DNA of 19,859 bases from Tubiluchus corallicola (Eukaryota; Animalia; Priapulida), in the NCBI GenBank assembly GCA_030141605.1, contig JAQGDQ010002401.1, positions 1 to 19,859 of the forward strand, written 5' to 3'. The position numbers and the translations under genes were made by a program. The notes beneath the pieces are model-generated. The model had not been told where the DNA came from and did not search any database. It saw only the letters and a list, made by a program, of their open reading frames with translations. Positions 17,297 to 19,859 of the stretch are shown piece by piece. How positions within the stretch are numbered: the stretch's first letter is position 1; each line of letters starts with the position of its first letter.

Positions 17297-18699
17297 AACC
17301 GCAAGATCAGAATGTACAGAAGGACGTAAACGTGCAATCTCAAGTTCAGCAGCAACCGTTAACACAAAACTCGGCAGGGATAACGTCGCCAAACCCAAAC
17401 ATACAAGCCCAAAATAGGCAAGCCACACAAAATCCCACTCCACCGTTGCAAAATCAAGGGGCGCAAAATGGGAACGCGTCAAACTTTGTACCTGAAAAAC
17501 CTCAAGCAAGCCAACTTCAGCAACAAAGACAGACTATGGAACAACCTTTGCAGCAACCTTTGCAAACCAAAGCTGTAAATGCAATTCAAGAACCGCAAGC
17601 TTTGGCGGCTAAAAGACAGAGTATTCAAACACAACAAGTGCCGCAAACACCCAAAGCACAACCCAAGCCCCCGACACAAAAAGTACAACCCACAGTGCCC
17701 GAGATCAAACTAACCACTGTCGAGATTGAGGAGCAGAACGAAAAGGCGGTACATTCGTGGATAAGGCTACAAAACAAACATGCGGAGCACATAAAAACGA
17801 TTAAGAAGACGTTCATAGAGTTCCGCCACGGCATGACCATAAAGATAAAAGCGTTGAAAGATCTGATAAATGAACTCGTGTTGGAACACTATAATGAACC
17901 TGATATATTTTCTTCATCCATCTTCACAAAATCTCAGAGCGAATACCCTTACTATCACGCACTAAACTGCTGCATGCTAAGCCTTATCATGGGCGAAAGC
18001 ATGGGTTATAGACAAAATGATATGCTCGATCTCGGTCTTTCCGGACTTATATTTGACATCGGAAAAATGCGCATAGCGGAAAAAGTCTATCACAAAGAGG
18101 GTAAACTAAAAGAGGTAGAGTTTGAAACGATAAAGCGTCACAGCGAAATAGCTTACGAAGTTTTGGATAAGCACGAAGATGTCAGCAATGAAGTGGCAAT
18201 AGCGGTACTGCAACATCATGAGAGGATGGACGGCAAGGGCTATCCGAGTGGCTTGATGGAGAAACAGATTACCCGTTTTGCCAAGATAATATCTGTCGCC
18301 GACATATTCGACGCACTGACGAGCGATAATGTACATCGCAAAGCTTTGAGCGTTCCCGAAGCTCTCACAGAGCTGAGAAGTATGAGTGGCAAGCAGTTAA
18401 GCGGCCAAGCACTAGGCAGTCTCGTGTCATCCATAGGTGTTTATCCTCATGGATCTGCGGTCTCTCTGAACAATAATGAGGTGGCGCTAGTCTTCAACTC
18501 AAACAGTAATCATACCACAAAACCGCGTGTGGTGAGATTGATTAACCATCAAGGGAAGAGGATTAGACCCAATATAGTAGATTTGAGCTTGGAAAAGATC
18601 GCAGACAAGGATGCTTCTGTGACCGGCTACGCAGATTATAAGGCGCATGGTGTAAATCCAGCCGAAGAGATGAAAAAATTCCTATCGCAATACGAGTAG
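17293..18699 (+). CDS. HD-GYP domain protein (c-di-GMP phosphodiesterase family) with degenerate HD motif and Q/P-rich N-terminal region
   Basis: YHALN, GLIFDIGK (HD replaced by FD), KRHSE, QHHERMDGKGYPSGL, ISVADIFDALTS, and a C-terminal GVYP.GS.V.LN..E.A.V extension. Confidence 0.9.
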   Translation: MKPQDQNVQKDVNVQSQVQQQPLTQNSAGITSPNPNIQAQNRQATQNPTPPLQNQGAQNGNASNFVPEKPQASQLQQQRQTMEQPLQQPLQTKAVNAIQEPQALAAKRQSIQTQQVPQTPKAQPKPPTQKVQPTVPEIKLTTVEIEEQNEKAVHSWIRLQNKHAEHIKTIKKTFIEFRHGMTIKIKALKDLINELVLEHYNEPDIFSSSIFTKSQSEYPYYHALNCCMLSLIMGESMGYRQNDMLDLGLSGLIFDIGKMRIAEKVYHKEGKLKEVEFETIKRHSEIAYEVLDKHEDVSNEVAIAVLQHHERMDGKGYPSGLMEKQITRFAKIISVADIFDALTSDNVHRKALSVPEALTELRSMSGKQLSGQALGSLVSSIGVYPHGSAVSLNNNEVALVFNSNSNHTTKPRVVRLINHQGKRIRPNIVDLSLEKIADKDASVTGYADYKAHGVNPAEEMKKFLSQYE

Positions 18700-18718
18700 G
18701 AAGGGTGGGGGTAATATT

Positions 18719-19060
18719 ATGAAGTATGAAAAACACGATGTTCAAGGCAAAGCGGTCGCAGTGGTACACACAACACAGCAGCTCGGAACCGTGGAATCTC
18801 GCTCACTGAGAGAAACCATAGACAGCATAGTGGGCGAAGAAGTTTACAACGTCATTGTGAACCTTCAGCACACCACATACATAGGCTCTATGGGCATCGG
18901 GGCAATAGTATCAAATATTGCAAAATGCAAGAGTAACGACGGCAGCGTAAGGTTGGCCGGTGCAAGTGGCGGGGTGCTAGATAGCTTGCGCACGACAAAT
19001 ATAGACAGGATAATTAAGATATACGACAGCGTAGAGGATGCTCTTGGAGATATACAGTAG
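18719..19060 (+). CDS. STAS domain anti-sigma factor antagonist (RsbV/SpoIIAA-like)
   Basis: 113 aa, with VIVNL..TTYIGSMGIGA (conserved phospho-Ser region) and I.IYDSVEDAL. Confidence 0.88.
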   Translation: MKYEKHDVQGKAVAVVHTTQQLGTVESRSLRETIDSIVGEEVYNVIVNLQHTTYIGSMGIGAIVSNIAKCKSNDGSVRLAGASGGVLDSLRTTNIDRIIKIYDSVEDALGDIQ

Positions 19061-19088
19061 GGTTATTTTTTTTTAGGAGTACATCATC

Positions 19089-19859
19089 ATGGCAATCAGA
19101 AGAAGGATAAATAATTCCGGCTATTGGACATACCCTGACTTTTTGAATATGCAGTATTCCATACCGTCGGACATCAAAGGGAGAATACTGGAGAGATTGT
19201 CCGTGATTTACAGCGATAATGAGAGCCTTATCAATGAGTGCTACGAAGGCATTGAAAGGATTTGTAAGGTACATTATAGCTACAAAACCGCTGAACTCAC
19301 AAATGATGAAAAAAACAGCAAGCCAAGAAGATAGATTTAATGAAAGAGATATAGTTTTAATCACCTACGGCGACACCATAAGTTCAGAGCATGTTCGCCC
19401 CTTGGACAGCTTGCGTCATTTTTGTATAAAATATCTCAAAGGCGTCTTTACAACCGTACATATACTACCATTTTATCCGTACTCTTCCGACAAGGGCTTT
19501 TCCGTCATAAATTATGAAGAGGTAGATCCAGCCCTTGGCACATGGAATGAAATAGACAAACTCAAGCACGACTTCAACCTCATGTTTGACGCGGTAGTGA
19601 ACCACTGCTCCTCGAAAAGCAACTGGTTTAAATCTTTTCTTCATGGAGAAGAAGAGTTTCTAAATTATTTTATAACCTATTCAAAAGACGATGTCCCATC
19701 CAAAAGTGAATTGGCTCCTTTGGTTCGCCCTCGGGTTTCCCCGGTATTGACCAAGTTTGAGACGTATCACGGAACTCGCTACGTGTGGACTACATTTAGT
19801 CCAGATCAGATCGATCTAAATTTCAAGAACCCAAAGGTAGTGGTCAAGATGATGGATAT
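19089..19859 (+). CDS. GH13_18 sugar phosphorylase (sucrose/glucosylglycerate phosphorylase family), partial, with a +1 frameshift at about 19309-19326
   Basis: After the shift the frame reads RFNERDIVLITYGD..VHILPFYPYSSDKGFSV..DAVVNHCSS..RPR.SP.LT..WTTFSPDQIDLNF and runs off the window. ORF 19089..19334 supplies the N-terminal extension. Confidence 0.88.

Overview
Bacterial chromosomal window with no recognisable mobile-element genes. The host is probably an anaerobe; the MCP style suggests Deferribacterota, but this is only an inference. Left to right: the 3' end of a Fis-type HTH regulator, a dctPQM TRAP transporter operon (-), tRNA-Arg(CCT), an SDR plus NCS2/AzgA-like permease operon (-), and a divergent respiratory-type reductive dehalogenase cluster (+). 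That cluster comprises Tat-exported rdhA, the rdhB anchor, flavinylated rdhC, and a small unknown membrane-anchored ORF. A perfect FNR/CRP-type box sits in the shared intergenic region. Further right: GNAT, MalY/PatB, CueP-like protein, a divergent XapA/PilG-like protein, an M15 peptidase, an MCP, a degenerate (HD to FD) HD-GYP protein probably fused to a long Q/H-rich region with 4 x 99-bp tandem repeats, a STAS anti-anti-sigma factor, and the 5' part of a GH13_18 sugar phosphorylase. Three genes carry single-base frameshifts, which suggests sequencing indel error. The rdhABC-orf cluster and its regulatory architecture are the most notable system.
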